Below, piece after piece: positions 21,451 to 33,788 of a stretch of 64,000 bases of DNA. The notes beneath the pieces are model-generated. The model made no database searches. It was not told where the DNA came from and saw nothing but the letters and a program-made list of their open reading frames with translations. This stretch comes from Phyllobates terribilis. Lineage: Eukaryota. The DNA is taken from NCBI RefSeq assembly GCF_046119375.1, contig NW_027362763.1, positions 569,780,001 through 569,844,000 of the forward strand. Reading direction: 5' to 3'. Every line of letters begins with the position of its first letter. Within the stretch, counting starts at the first letter, position 1. Position numbers and translations under genes: made by a program.

Positions 21451-24400
21451 TGGTATTTTCTGTCATAAAGACCCCTCAAAGTCACTTCAAATGTGATGTG
21501 GTCCCTAAAAAAATGGTTTTGTAAATTTTGCTGGAAAAATGAGAAATCCCTGGTTAACTTTTAACCCTTATAGCTCCCTAATAAAAAAGATGTTGGTTCC
21601 AAAATTGTGCTGATGTAAAGTAGACATGTGGAAAATGTTATTTATTAACTCTTTTGTGTGACATATCTCTCTGATTTAACGGTATAAAAATTCTAATTTT
21701 GAAAATTGCAAAATTTTCGCCAAATTTCAAGTGATATCAAGTGATAATTTCAAGTGATATAGAAGAAATTTTACCACAATCATGAAGTACAATATGTCAC
21801 GAAAAAACAATCTCAGAATCAGGGGGATCCATTGAAGCGTTTCAGAGTAATTACCTCATAAAGTGACAGTGGTCAGAATTGTAAAAATTGGCCTGGTCAT
21901 TAACGTGCAAACCACCCTTGGGGGTAAAGGGGTTAAGATGCGTATTTCGATACTCCAGCATGCGCGCGTCCCTTTCCAGGGAGGGAAGCATCAGGCAAAA
22001 TTTACTCTTGTACCGTGGATCTAACAGAGTGTCAACCCAATAGTATGCACTATTTCGAATCCTAACAATATGGAGATCATGTTGCAGATAGTGCAGCAAG
22101 AAGGCGCTCATGTGACCGGCCCTTCCATGAGGTCCAAGTCCATGGTGTATTGGTGGCAGGGTAACACTGAAACTTGTTTCCTCCGTCCCCTCTCGCCAAT
22201 CATCGACAACAGAGATGGGGTCATTATCCTCTTCATCTCCTGACTTTTGCGCGCCCATCACCTCTTCCTCCTTGACCTCTTTCATTTGTTCCTTGGTTCC
22301 TGCACCTTCACTAAACAGTTTGTCTGGTACCATGAGCCCCCCACGATCACTGTAATCCACCCTCCCTTGGCACCAGCCTGTGCAATGACAGTCTGGAGCT
22401 TAGAGATATTGCTAACCCTTCCCCATCCTCCTCTACTTCTCATCTTCCTCTGGGACCACCACCTCCGCCCGCAGAGTATTCAAAGTGTGCACCAACATCT
22501 AGATGACCGGAATAGTGATGCTGATGATGGCATCGTTAGCACTAACCATTTTTGTAGCCATTTCGAAACTGTGCAGAAGGGTGCAGAAGTCCTTAATCTG
22601 TGCCCACTCTGCACCACGTCTGTACTGCGTTGGCCCAGGCTATGCAAAATGAGATACTTCATCAGGGCTCATCGCTGCTGCCACAGTCGCTGCTACATCT
22701 GCAGAGTGGAATTCTACCATGTCAGCACATCACATATCAACCGGTTAACCAGTAGGGCCAAAGACCTATGTAGCGATGCAAGTCGATGACACGTGGGGTG
22801 CAAACAGCTGAAGTGAGCACACAGCGACTGTGCTTTCTGCAGCAGCGCATCCAGGTCGGGTTAGTGGCGTAGAAATTGCTGTACCTCCAGTTTGAGGATG
22901 TGAGCCATGCAGGGTCGCCACCAGCATTGCACCCTTATCGCACACGGCCTTCCCTGGCTCCAAGTTCAGTGGAGACATCGATTGCTCAAACTCGGCCTGG
23001 ATAGCTATTCACATTTCTTGAGCTGTATGACTGTGATCTCCAAGGTATATTAATTTTAGCACTGCCTGATTGTGTTGAGCCCTGACTGTGCAGTACGGAG
23101 GTGGAGGGAATTCTCTCTGCACTGTTGGAACGCATGTCTCATTAAGGCACATGTTGAGGGTGCAGGTGGCGGCCCTACAGGAGGGGGAGGAGGCAGAAGC
23201 AGTGGAAGAATTGTTAGATACAGAGGTTTGTCCCGCAAGCCTTGGGGATTCCAATACTTGTGGAGCAGCCCCTTTCCCGCCTGCCCCCACAGTCACCCAA
23301 TGCCCAGTCAGTGAGATGTAACACCCCTGGCCATGCTTGCTCATTCAGGAGTTTGTGGTGGAATGCACCCTGGCAGACAGATTTTTTCAAGGAACGGGTG
23401 ATGTTGTCTGCAAAATGCTGGTGTAGCACCGGCACAGCTTTCTTAGAGAAGTAATGGTGACTGGGCAACTGGTACTGGGGGACTACAACAAACATCAGCT
23501 TTTGGAAACCATCTGTATCCACAAGGCGGAAAGGCAGCATTTCCGTGGCCAACAGATTGGAGATGGTGGAGAACAAACTCTTAGCTTTGGCATGTGCAGG
23601 AGGAAACTATCTTTTACGTGACCACAACTGCGGGGTCGAGGGCTGGCTGCTGTGCTGAGAGAGGGTGAGTGCGACAAACTGCTGGACTGTGAGTGAGGTG
23701 CAGGTGGAGATATTATGGTGGATTGAGAAAGATGTGGTGTGCGCGGTGAAACAAACACAGCAGGCTTGTCCACTTCCGTAACAGCTGATGGGCTCTCACT
23801 GACCCTGACTATAGCATGTAAACAAGTGGAGGTTCTTCAGCCGGAGCCCTGTGTGAGAACACTTGCCACGGTGACTGAGGAGGAATAAGAGGCAGATGCG
23901 GTTGATGGGGCGGCCAGTGGTTGGCGAGGCCCACTAGTCCGCATTTTATCGCAGTGAATTCCCAGACTAATTTTTTCCTCTACTGAGTCGTTTTTTACAA
24001 AGTTGGCAGATAACATGAGTTGGGTCATCCTTTTTCGTCTCAAAAAAGGCTCAGGCTAGGCAACCCTTGCCGCCACTGCGAACTGCAGACCCGTGATCGC
24101 TGCTGGCCACAGCCACAGTTGTGGCTGAGGATGCAGTGCTTGTCGTGGTTGCATCACACCGTGTCTGTGCCGGAGGCCGCAAAGTAACCTTTTAGTCTTC
24201 CTCCTCCTCCACCACCTCTGCTGAGCTACTTAGCTGCGTGCCTCTGGGTTCACACTGAGTGGGATCTACAACCTCATTGTTATCCTCTCTGTTCTCCCAC
24301 TCCTCGCCTTGAGAGTCACCCTCCTCCTTGAGTTGTGATGCAGGGGGAAATGGGTAATTGAGGTAACACCTCTGAGTACTGTACTGTGTGTGAAGTTAAG

Positions 24401-26324
24401 GTGGAGGAAGAGGAGGAGAGGCCACTTAATGCAGCGTCTGCCATCCACTGCAGCAGATGCTCTTTCTAGCCCTCATCTACAAGGCGTACCACTGTGCGGT
24501 TGCCAATGGAAGAGAGTGGAGTAGCCTGTCCAGTTACAGAAGTTGTCAGTTGTCTTTGGATAGGACGTGACAGTGTTTGTTCAGTAGAGCTTTCACTAAC
24601 ATTAGCACCTACCCCACGTACAACCTTGAACACCAAGCCTATCCCCCCTTTTACCACAACTTCACTTTTTCCCACTCATGTTGGATATACCCTTCCCCTC
24701 TTAACCAGCTGTTTCACAGATCTAGGCTTAGACCTGTCAGCCACCTGTCATTAAATAACCAGTCAGTATTTATTTGCTCAGATAGTGTGGCTGGAGCACA
24801 CTATTACCAACTAAAATTCAGATTTTCTAGTGTGGACCCTGGATGAAGCATAATATCAGCACAAAAGAATTCAAAGCTGAAATGTATGTATTGACAAAAG
24901 CCTTGGATAGGCTGAAACGTTTTGTATGTTCGACCTCCATTAAAAATAACTTTTCATCAACACGTGAGTCCTGGGATTGGTCATTTTATGTATGCTGTTA
25001 CTTCTCCACGTGCACCACAGCGTTCCTACGGAGTGCCGACCTTTGTTGAAATCTTGATCTACTATTCACCAGAGCTGTCACTCAAGGAGGAGTGCCCACC
25101 CTGCCAGAAACCAGGAAGTAAGGAAACTAAGGAGATTGCATTTCTCCTAACTGCTCAAAAGACAATTTGTGATTACCCATTTAAGAACCAGGAAATATTT
25201 CATTTTTCTGCTTTAGTTTTTCCTTCCAAGAGCCATAACTACTTTAATTTTCCATTAACATAGACGTTTGAGCGCTTTTTTTTTCCAGAAAGAGTTGTAG
25301 TTTTAAATTACACTATTCATTTTACCATATTATGTGCTGAAAAATGTGAAAAAAAAATTTCAAGCACGATGAATTGGTGAAAAAATCCAATTCCACCATA
25401 GAATATGATTTTTTAGGTCAGTATGATCGTGGCAATAAAAAAACCTAAATGGTTTTTGTTTTTTTAAGTGGTTAAAAAAATTTAGTTTTCAAAAAAATTT
25501 GGTTTCTGTTGCCATGATGTTGCCATAACGGTAACTTTTTTATTCTTCTATCGATATAGCTGCCACTTGCTTTTTGCGCATCAAGCAGTAATTTTTATTG
25601 ATATAATTTAGGGATACATGCAATGTTTTGATTGTTTTTATAGTATAATGTGAAGGAATTGTGGCGATCAGAAAATGTCAATTTAATCTTTAGATTTTTG
25701 TTTTTACCATTTGTGAGTTTATCATTTAGGGTGAGTATTTTTATATTTTATTAGTTTAGGCAATAATGCATGCAGAAATACCAAATATGCAATTTTTTCA
25801 GTGCATTATATGGTAAAATGAATAGTGTTATTCAAAACTAAAACTCGTTTTGGAAAATACAAGCTCTCACATGGCTATATTAATAGAAAACTAAAATAGT
25901 TATATTCCTTACAAGAAGGGGAGGGAAAAACAAAAGCACAAAAATGAAATATTTCTTTGTTCTTAAAATGGTATTCTTCTGGTAGGGGGAGGAGCAGAGC
26001 AGCTGGGTCAGGAGTTGAAGAGGAGGAGGGGCTGGGCTGCCAGGGACTTTGCATTGAGGTAGAATTGTAGAACCCCTTCACCCCCGGGCCAATTTCCATT
26101 CTTTCCTCCCCTTCTTCCAAGAGCCATAACTTTTTTATATTTCCGTCAAAATAGCCAAATGAGGGCTAGTTTTTGGCAGGACGAGTTGTACTTTTGAATG
26201 ACACCATTGATTTTATCGTATAGTGTACCAGAAAACAGGAAAAAAATTCCAAGTGTGGTGAAATTGCAAAAAAAGTGCAACTCAACAATTGTTTTTTGGA
26301 TTTTTTTACTTACCATGTTCACTA

Positions 26325-28778
26325 CAGTGGCTTACGAAAGTGTGGCGCCCCTGAGGGTTCAGTCGCCACAGAGGTACTGCACCTCACCCAAAGGTGTGAT
26401 GTCTCCTTCTCTCAGGTAAGGAGGGAGTGCTGCCCGGAACCCCAACACCCACATTCAACACTACACTGCTCCAGGCCGGCTGGAAGGGCAAGATGCAATG
26501 TGTTTTCCTGCTGAGCCCTGTCCCTGGCTGGAGTGGGGGGAACCCAAAGGTAGGGGGAACCAGTAGTGGGTGTAGGTGGAGGAAGTAGATTAGGGGAGCA
26601 CCATAGAAGGAGGTATATAAAGGGAAGCCATCTTAGGGTGGCAGAACAGTAGGAGAAGTTAGTCAGTCAGGGAGAAGAGGGGCCTAGTGATAGAGGCCCA
26701 GGAGGGGAGCAGAGGAGGAAGGCTCCGTTTTAGTAAAGGGATCCCAGGGGGTACGGCGAGTGCAGGACGGCCCCCGTACGCCCCGAATCTGTCAGAAGAC
26801 AGAGGGATCGTAGGCCGCAAGAAGGGGACTGGCCCCTGGACCAGCCGTGTTACTTCAAGTCTCGGCTGGGAAAACCGGAGGCTTCTGGCTTATATAGTTC
26901 AGTTGCCAAAGCCTCATTCTAATCTCCGTGAGGGTCAAGCAGGTCCGGGAACTCCGGTTAGACAGGAGGGACTTCAGAGCACCTGAGCGGGACTGAGAGT
27001 GGGGAAGCGCAGGGCAGGAGGGAGAAGACCCAGCTTGAAGACCGTCTAGAGAGGAACACAAGAAAGCGGGGTTCCGTCAGGTGCTCCTAATCTGCCTGAG
27101 GAAGAGCTGAACCCCTGCCTGGTGAACGCAGCATGACGTGGGAGGCTGATACCGGTACAGCGCACCAGTGGAACTTGCATAAAGAACTGTGAGTAAAGAC
27201 TCGGATGACTGCACCGCACTGCCTCCATCCATTATTTCAGCTGCGCCATCTTTCCCCCTGCACTACAACGCCCAGCACCACCCACCATCTACACTGCCCT
27301 GGAGCTAGCTCTTCCTGTGGAGAGCCACACCATCCCTGCTGCAGTAACATCAGCTTCAGAGGACTGCTCCGCAGCGGCGGCTCCCTCTGGCCGCATTCCA
27401 CAGGTGGCGTCACGAACACTTCCCAAAAACTACAAACCCCTTACAAATAACAAATCCCCTTTTTGTTGACCGCCCTGGGCCACGGACCGGGCCAGCCACC
27501 GTGATATCCCCCACCAGCAACCATAGGCCCGGCTGCCGAGTACCCCACGGCTCTAGGGGTGCGACAAAAATATTCCCCCCTTGGCTTATTATTTGTTACA
27601 CTACAACCGGTGTTTAAATATTTTTGTTATCCAATTTGTGTGTGATGCATCAGCACTAGTCTAAGTTGGTGAAGTGAAGTAAGAAAAATGTAGGCATAAA
27701 TTCAATTTATGGGATCAAGAGAGGGCCGCACACCAACACTCTCAGGAGGGCATCAGAGGGCTAGCACAGAGCCCAAAGATAACCCTGAAGGCGCTACAGA
27801 GTTCCCAAGCAGAGACTGGAGTATCTGTCCATACGACCACAATAAGCTGTACACCCCATAGAGGTGGCCTTTATTAAAGAGTGCCCAGAAAAAAAGCCTT
27901 TACTTACACACAAAAATTCTAAGGCTCATTTTTAGTTTGCCAAAAGACATGTGGGAGACTCTCCAAATGCATGAAGGAAGGTGCTGTGGTCAGATGAGAC
28001 CAATATTTAACTTTTTGGCCATCAAGGTAAACGCTATGTCTGGCACCAAACCAACACAGCTCATCACCCCAAGAACTCCATTCCCTAACTTAAACATGAT
28101 GGTGGCAGCATCATGCTGTGGGGATGTTTTGCGCCAGCAGGGACAGGGAAAATGGTCTGAGTTGAAGGGAAGATGGATGGTGAGAAATACAGGGAGATTC
28201 TTGAGAAAAACTTATTTCAGTCTGTCAGTGATTTGAGACTGGGACAGAGGTTCACCTTCCAACAAGACAATGACCCAACGCATACTGCTGAAGCAACACT
28301 CGAGTGGTTTAAGGGGACACATGTAAATGTTTTGGAGTGGCTTAGTCAAAGCCCAGACATTAATCCAATTGAGAATCTGTGGTCTGACTTGAAAATTGCT
28401 GTTCACCCAAAGAAGCCATCTAACTTGAAGGAGCTGGAGCAGTTTTGCCTTGATGAATGGGCAACAATCCCAGTGTCAAGATGTGGAAAGCTCATAGAGA
28501 CTTATCCAAAGCTACTTGCAGCTATAATTGTCGCAAAAAGAGACTCTACAAAGTATTGACTCTGGGAGGGAGGATGAATAGTTATGCACACTGAAGTTTT
28601 CAGTTATTTTGTCCACTTTGTTGTTTGCTTCACAGTAAAAAGAAAAGCAAATGTTCACAGTTGTAGGCATGTTCTTTACATGAACTGATGCAAACCCTCA
28701 AAAAAACTGAAATTCCAGGTTGTGAGGTAGCAAAACATGAAAAATGCCAAAGGGTGTGAATACTTTCACAAGCCACTG
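26325..28778 (+). mobile_element. Tc1-like transposon (DD34E), degenerate, left TIR split by a solo LTR
   Basis: TA-CAGTGGCTTACGAAAG|TATTCCCCCCTTGGC and rc CAGTGGCTTGTGAAAGTATTCACACCC-TA. ORF 28173-28559 has FQQDNDPTH...SPDINPIE with 34 residues between D and E. Confidence 0.9.
26341..27566 (+). mobile_element. Gypsy-type solo LTR (family A)
   Basis: TGTGGCGCCCC...GGGGTGCGACA. TSD AAAG/AAAA (one mismatch). Homologous, in inverted orientation, to 376-1614. Confidence 0.9.
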
Positions 28779-29189
28779 TATATGGTAAAACTGACCTGGC
28801 AGTATGATTCCCCAGGTCAGTATGAGTACGCAGATACTAAACATGTATAGTTTATTTTTTATTTAACTGGTGAAAAAAATTCCAAAATTTGTACAAAAAA
28901 GGCACATGACACCTGATTAAATCAGCTGTCATGTGCAGGGAAAGATCAGGGGCACGACAAATGATGTAAATATACGTCATATGTCATCTTTGAGTTAATG
29001 ACATGATGTCATAGACCTAATGGAAAAGAGAAGAATTAACTGGGTAGAAGAGCAAAATGAGCATTTTTAAGTACACAGTGCCATATGGTGACTGCAATAT
29101 ATTAAGAGGATACAAACTTTGATGGGAGGGCTTATATAATTAAAGTGTATTTTGTTCATGTGATAACCCCTTTAATGATATCCACTATA

Positions 29190-29760
29190 TATTTGGGGTA
29201 GTTTTCCTGCTACGGAATAAATTTGGAACTAATCAAATGCATCCCCAATGGTATTGAATGATGGAGTATCTGTCTGTATCTCTCATCATTGAGGACATCA
29301 TTAAACCTGACCAAATCTTCAACTCGATTTGCTAAAATACAATCCCAAACTTGCAAAGAACCTCGACCATGATTTACTGTTGCCTGCAGAAACACACTAT
29401 TAGGCCACGGTAACATGATCAGTATTTGGTCAGTATTTTTCATCAGTATTTGTAAGCCACAACCAGGAGTGGGTGATAAATACAGAAGTGGGGACGTGTT
29501 TCTATTATACATTTCCTCTGATTGTTCCTCACCTAGGTTTGGCTTACAAATACTGACCAAATATTGATAGTGTGACCAAAGCTTTATACCGCTCTCCAGC
29601 CCTTCAGTGAATAGACTGACTTCTGTTACAGCTGAATATTTCAAATTTTGACTCATCCGTTCAGGACACTTGCTGACATTTTTTTGCAACCCAGTACCTA
29701 TGTTTGTATAATTTAGTCACTTGGCCTTGTTTTGGTTTTTGGCAAGCTATGCACAATAGT
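29190..29760 (-). mobile_element. Old Tc1 transposase fragment interrupted by a Harbinger-type MITE (~29403-29585)
   Basis: Minus translation TVNHGRGSLQVWDCILANRVEDLVRFNDVLNDERYRQILHHSIP resembles the Tc1 catalytic region. Confidence 0.7.
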
Positions 29761-31395
29761 CGGCATCTACCGTGCGCCGAGAGAGATTAGGCCGAGTCCT
29801 CAATGCAACCCAGCAATTGCGAACAGTTACTGTATGTCATATTGTGCTAAAAGGGTTAAAGCTTAAATTCCTTTATGATTAAGCTCTGATATAAGTTCTG
29901 ATATGTGTTCAAAAGTAATTTCAGGAATGGACTCAAGTGGTGACAAAACGCAAAATGATGAAATAATGTAATACACTATCCAGTGGCTAGGGAGACTTGA
30001 TTTTTCAACCTAAGACATTGGGTTATGTATGGGAAGCTATGGGCATTCATCCTTGCTTGGATTTGTTGCTATGTGTGAATCATTATAAATTGTATGGACA
30101 TATATTACACACACAGAGCTGCAGTAATTAAAGTATGTAGTATCAAATCTCGCCTCAATAATTAGACTTACATTGTGTAATATCAAAGAGGAACACTGTC
30201 ACTTTTAGTGAAGTGAACAAACTTTTTAAATTCTTCTTGAGAATCCTCAGCTGACTGAAATAAATAATGTTTTTCATAATTCAAGCTTTTCTAAAGGTGA
30301 AATATGTTTTAATAATTTTTTCAACTGTGATCCTTACAAAGGCATGTCAATCTTTGGCAAAAAATCTGAAAGCTGTCACAAGTATTGTTTGATTCATCAA
30401 TGTGTTTTTGCCAGAAATCTGGCGTAAAACACTTACATAAGTTTTCACGCCAGTTCTGCGAAAATTGGTGGAGCTGGGGTGGAACCGGGATGTGACACCC
30501 AGTTTGTCTAATTCATGACATGTTGTAGCATACCTTATGCCAGAGATCTTACTTCAGTCCTTGACTGGAGTAAGATTTGCAATGAGGCACACGGAGGCAT
30601 ATTCATCTTAATGAATCAGGAGTGTCTGTCTCCAACACGGCCCCTCATCAAAACTAGCATGAACAACACTGGTTCTGATGAATCGGGGCCTGAATTTTTG
30701 ATAATCATAATATTTTTTATGCATTTTCCATACAAACTGTGGAACACACATATATAAATTTATATTTTCAGACATATACACATCCATATCAGTTCAAAAG
30801 TCAGGACAACCCATGCAAATATGTGAAAAATAAATTTGAAACATGTACAAATTACCCCTCCAAGTATGACTTTAGAAATGGTAAGGATAGGCTGGTATCT
30901 GTTGGCATACACAAGAACGACGCAACCCCTTATCACACTGTAGGCTGAGTTGATACATTACTGATGAAATATAGTCATAGGCAGTAAAATTGTTTAGATC
31001 CTGCAATGGATAGGTGATAATTTGCTACCTTGTAGCCTGAGTTGCTGTCTTGATGTCTTCAACTCCTCTGTTTTTTCTGGCTCCCATCTTCTTTACCAAG
31101 ACAAATTTCTCATGGCGCCATCGAGTGTGGTCTTCAAATGTAATCTTCTGCACCCCCAAAAATAATTGTGGCACAAATAGGGCCCAGTGTTTATAGCTGC
31201 CATGCTGAGTGTCTTCTGTTGAAATAAAGCTCCCGTAAAAAGTGACATCATAGTGCTCCCTATAATTATTTCATATGTGCCATAATTGTGCCCCCTGTAA
31301 AAAAACACAATCATAGTATCCCTTGTAAATATCTGTCATTGCTATGTCCCTTGGCAATAAGCATAATAGTGTCCATGTCTGTTCCCTGTTATTAA

Positions 31396-31836
31396 AGGGA
31401 ATATGTCACAAGGATTTTGCTATCCCCATCTGAGAGCAGCATAATGTAGGGGCAGAGACCCTGAATCCAGTGATATATCACTTGCTGGGCTCCTTGCTAT
31501 ATTTTTTGATAAATTTTGTTTTGTTTGCAGCAGATCTATCAGTTCTCTGAATGCTGAGCCATGTATAACCCCCTCACACCACTGATTGACAGAGGTCTCA
31601 GTACATTGTGCATAGGCAGAAAAGCTGCCCGACAATGGTGGAGGCAGGGTTATATAGAGTTCATGAATATGGAGGACTATATAGCACAGGTTTTCTACAC
31701 CTCTACTGATAATCTCCTGCTGATAAAACAATGACTCGATCAAAACTGCGGCAGTTAGTGACAGATCGCTGGATTCAGGGTCTCTGTATTATGGTGCTTT
31801 CAGATTAGGTGGCAAAATCCTGGTGACCGCTTTCCT
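31396..31836. mobile_element. Kolobok/T2-type MITE
   Basis: TTAA-AGGGAATATGTCACAAGGATTTT ... AAAATCCTGGTGACCGCTTTCCT. The interior matches 6265-6706 in the opposite orientation. Confidence 0.75.
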
Positions 31837-32190
31837 TTTACAGGATCTTTAGAGGAGAGGCAGCATCTGTCTGTGCTATGTTCAACATTTCATACATTCA
31901 CCAATTCATTAAAATTCTGCTTTTCTTGAAATGTGATCCTCCCTGGGATTTGAACTCACACTCTCTTACATGGCAGGTGGAAAGCTTCATTGCTGAGGTT
32001 AGGAGGATTTGCTCTGCTTTAATTTCAAAATGATGTTCTTCTTCTTTATAAGCCCGTTGTACTGATATATAGTGATAAAACTCTATATGCCAATACACCT
32101 CTGTATACTAAATGTATATATTTACATTTCACTATATGTTTTTACAATTTTCCACAGTGTTTGTGCATATAGATATATGTACGTTGTATA

Positions 32191-33788
32191 CAGTGGGGAA
32201 AATAAATATTTGATACACTGCAGATTTTGCAATTTTTCACACCTACAAAAAATGGAGAGATCTGTAATTTTTATCGTAGGTACACTTCAACTGTTAGAGG
32301 CAGAATATTAAAAAAAATCCATAAAAATCACATTGTATGATTTTTACACAATTAATTTGCATTTTATGGCATGAAATAAGTATTTGATACAATAGAAAAA
32401 CAGAACTTAATATTTGGCACAGAAACCTTTGCTTGCAAATACAGAGGTCAGACGTTTCCTGTAGTTCTTTACCACATCTGCACACACTGCAGCAGGGATT
32501 TTGGCCCACTCCTCCATACAGATCTTCTCCAGATCTTTCAGGTTTTGGGGCAGTCGCTGGGCAACATTGAGTTTCAGCTCCCTCCAAAGATTTTCTATTG
32601 GGTTCAGGTCTGGAGACTGGCTAGGCCACTCCAGGACCTTGAAATGCTTCTTACGGAGCCACTCCTTAGTTACCCTGGCTGTGTGTTTCGGGTCATTGTC
32701 ATGCTGGAAGACCCAGCCATGAACCATCTTCAATGTTCTTACTGAGGGAAGAAGATGGTTGGGCAAAATCTCATGATACATGACCCCATCCACCCTCCCT
32801 TCAATACGGTGCAGTCAATCTGTCCCCTTTGCAGAAAAGCACCCACAAAGTATGATGTTTCCCCTACCATACTTCACGATTGGGATGGTGTTCTTGGGGT
32901 TGTACTCATCCTTCTTCTTCCTCCAAACATGGCGAGTGGAGTTGATACCAAAAAATTCTATTTTGGTCTCATCTAATACATTACCTACTCTCATGCCTCC
33001 TCTGGATCATCCAGATGGTCATTGGTGAACTTCAAAAGGGCCTGGACACGTGCTGGTATGAGCAGGGGGACCTTGCGTGCACTGCAGGATTTTAATCCAC
33101 AACGGCGTAGTGTGTTACTAATGGTAATGTTTGAGACTGTGGTCCCAACTCTCTTCATTGACCAGGTCCTCCTGTGTAGTTCTGAGCTGATTCCTGAGCT
33201 TTCTCAGAATCATCCTTACCCCACAAGACGAGATCTTGCATGAAGCCCCAGACAGAGGAATATTGACAGTCATCTTGCGTTTCTACCCTTTTCTAATAAT
33301 TGTGCCAACAGTTGTTGCCTTCTCACCAATCTGCTTGCTATTGTCCTGTAGCCCATCCCAGCCTTGTGCTGGTCTACAATTTTGCACCTGGTGTCCTTAG
33401 ACAGCTCTTTGGTCTTAGCCATGGTGGAGAGGTTGGAGTGTGATTGATTGAGTATGTGGACAGGTGTCTTTTATACAGGAAATGAGTTCAAACAGGTGCA
33501 ATTAATACAGGTAATGAGTGCAAAGTAGGAGGGTTTCTTGAAGAAAAAACTAACAGGTCTGTGAGAGCCAGAAATCTTTCTGGTTGGTAGGTGATCAAAT
33601 ACTTATTTCATGCAATAAAATGCAATTTAATTGTTTAAAAATCAATGTGATTTTCAGTTTTTTTATTTCTAGATTCTGTCTCTCATACTTGAAGTGTACC
33701 TACGATAAAAATTACAGACCTCTTCGTTCTTTGTAGGTGGGAAAACTTGCTAAATCGGCAATGTATCAAATACTTATTTTCCCCACTG
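32191..33788 (-). mobile_element. Tc1-like transposon (DD34E) with long IR/DR-type TIRs, degenerate
   Basis: TA-CAGTGGGGAAAATAA at both ends. ~200-bp TIRs carry outer and inner AAATAAGTATTTGAT repeats. Transposase runs ~33422 to 32407; FQHDNDPKH...SPDLNPIE with 34 residues between D and E. Confidence 0.92.

Larger units (their letters stand above)
18310..21932. mobile_element. Large non-autonomous piggyBac-like element
   Basis: TTAA at 18306-18309 and 21933-21936. Ends CTCCTT.../...AAAGGGG. The flanks rejoin as hAT coding sequence (YRNTHL-KSGFPQDSSE). No transposase. Confidence 0.8.
17787..24679 (-). pseudogene. Degraded hAT (Ac/ZBED-like) transposase related to the ORF at 57707-61387, split by a 3.6-kb TTAA element
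   Basis: Fragments LLATEMLPFRLVDT, HMSAFLLHYLQHD, LLDPRYKSKF, LDPFAF..EEWPKLAFHALEI. Start ATGAGTGGGAAA at 24679 matches MSGK of the intact copy. Many frameshifts and stops. Confidence 0.85.
25180..28994. mobile_element. piggyBac-like non-autonomous element pieces hosting the Tc1 at 26325
   Basis: ccttccaagagccataact motif at ~25225 and ~26115. AACCCCTTCACCCCC end-like sequence at ~26070. Ends ...TTTGAG-TTAA at 28994-28998. Boundaries approximate. Confidence 0.5.

Noticed and set aside
376-27566. Two inverted family A LTRs 25 kb apart as ends of one element or as inversion breakpoints
   Set aside because: Each has its own TSD (CAAA/CAAA; AAAG/AAAA) and its own flanks rejoin, so they are independent solo LTRs.
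31029-31090. Possible 62-nt minus-strand exon ending AAG|GTAGCA
   Set aside because: Weak acceptor, ambiguous frame and no recognisable peptide.
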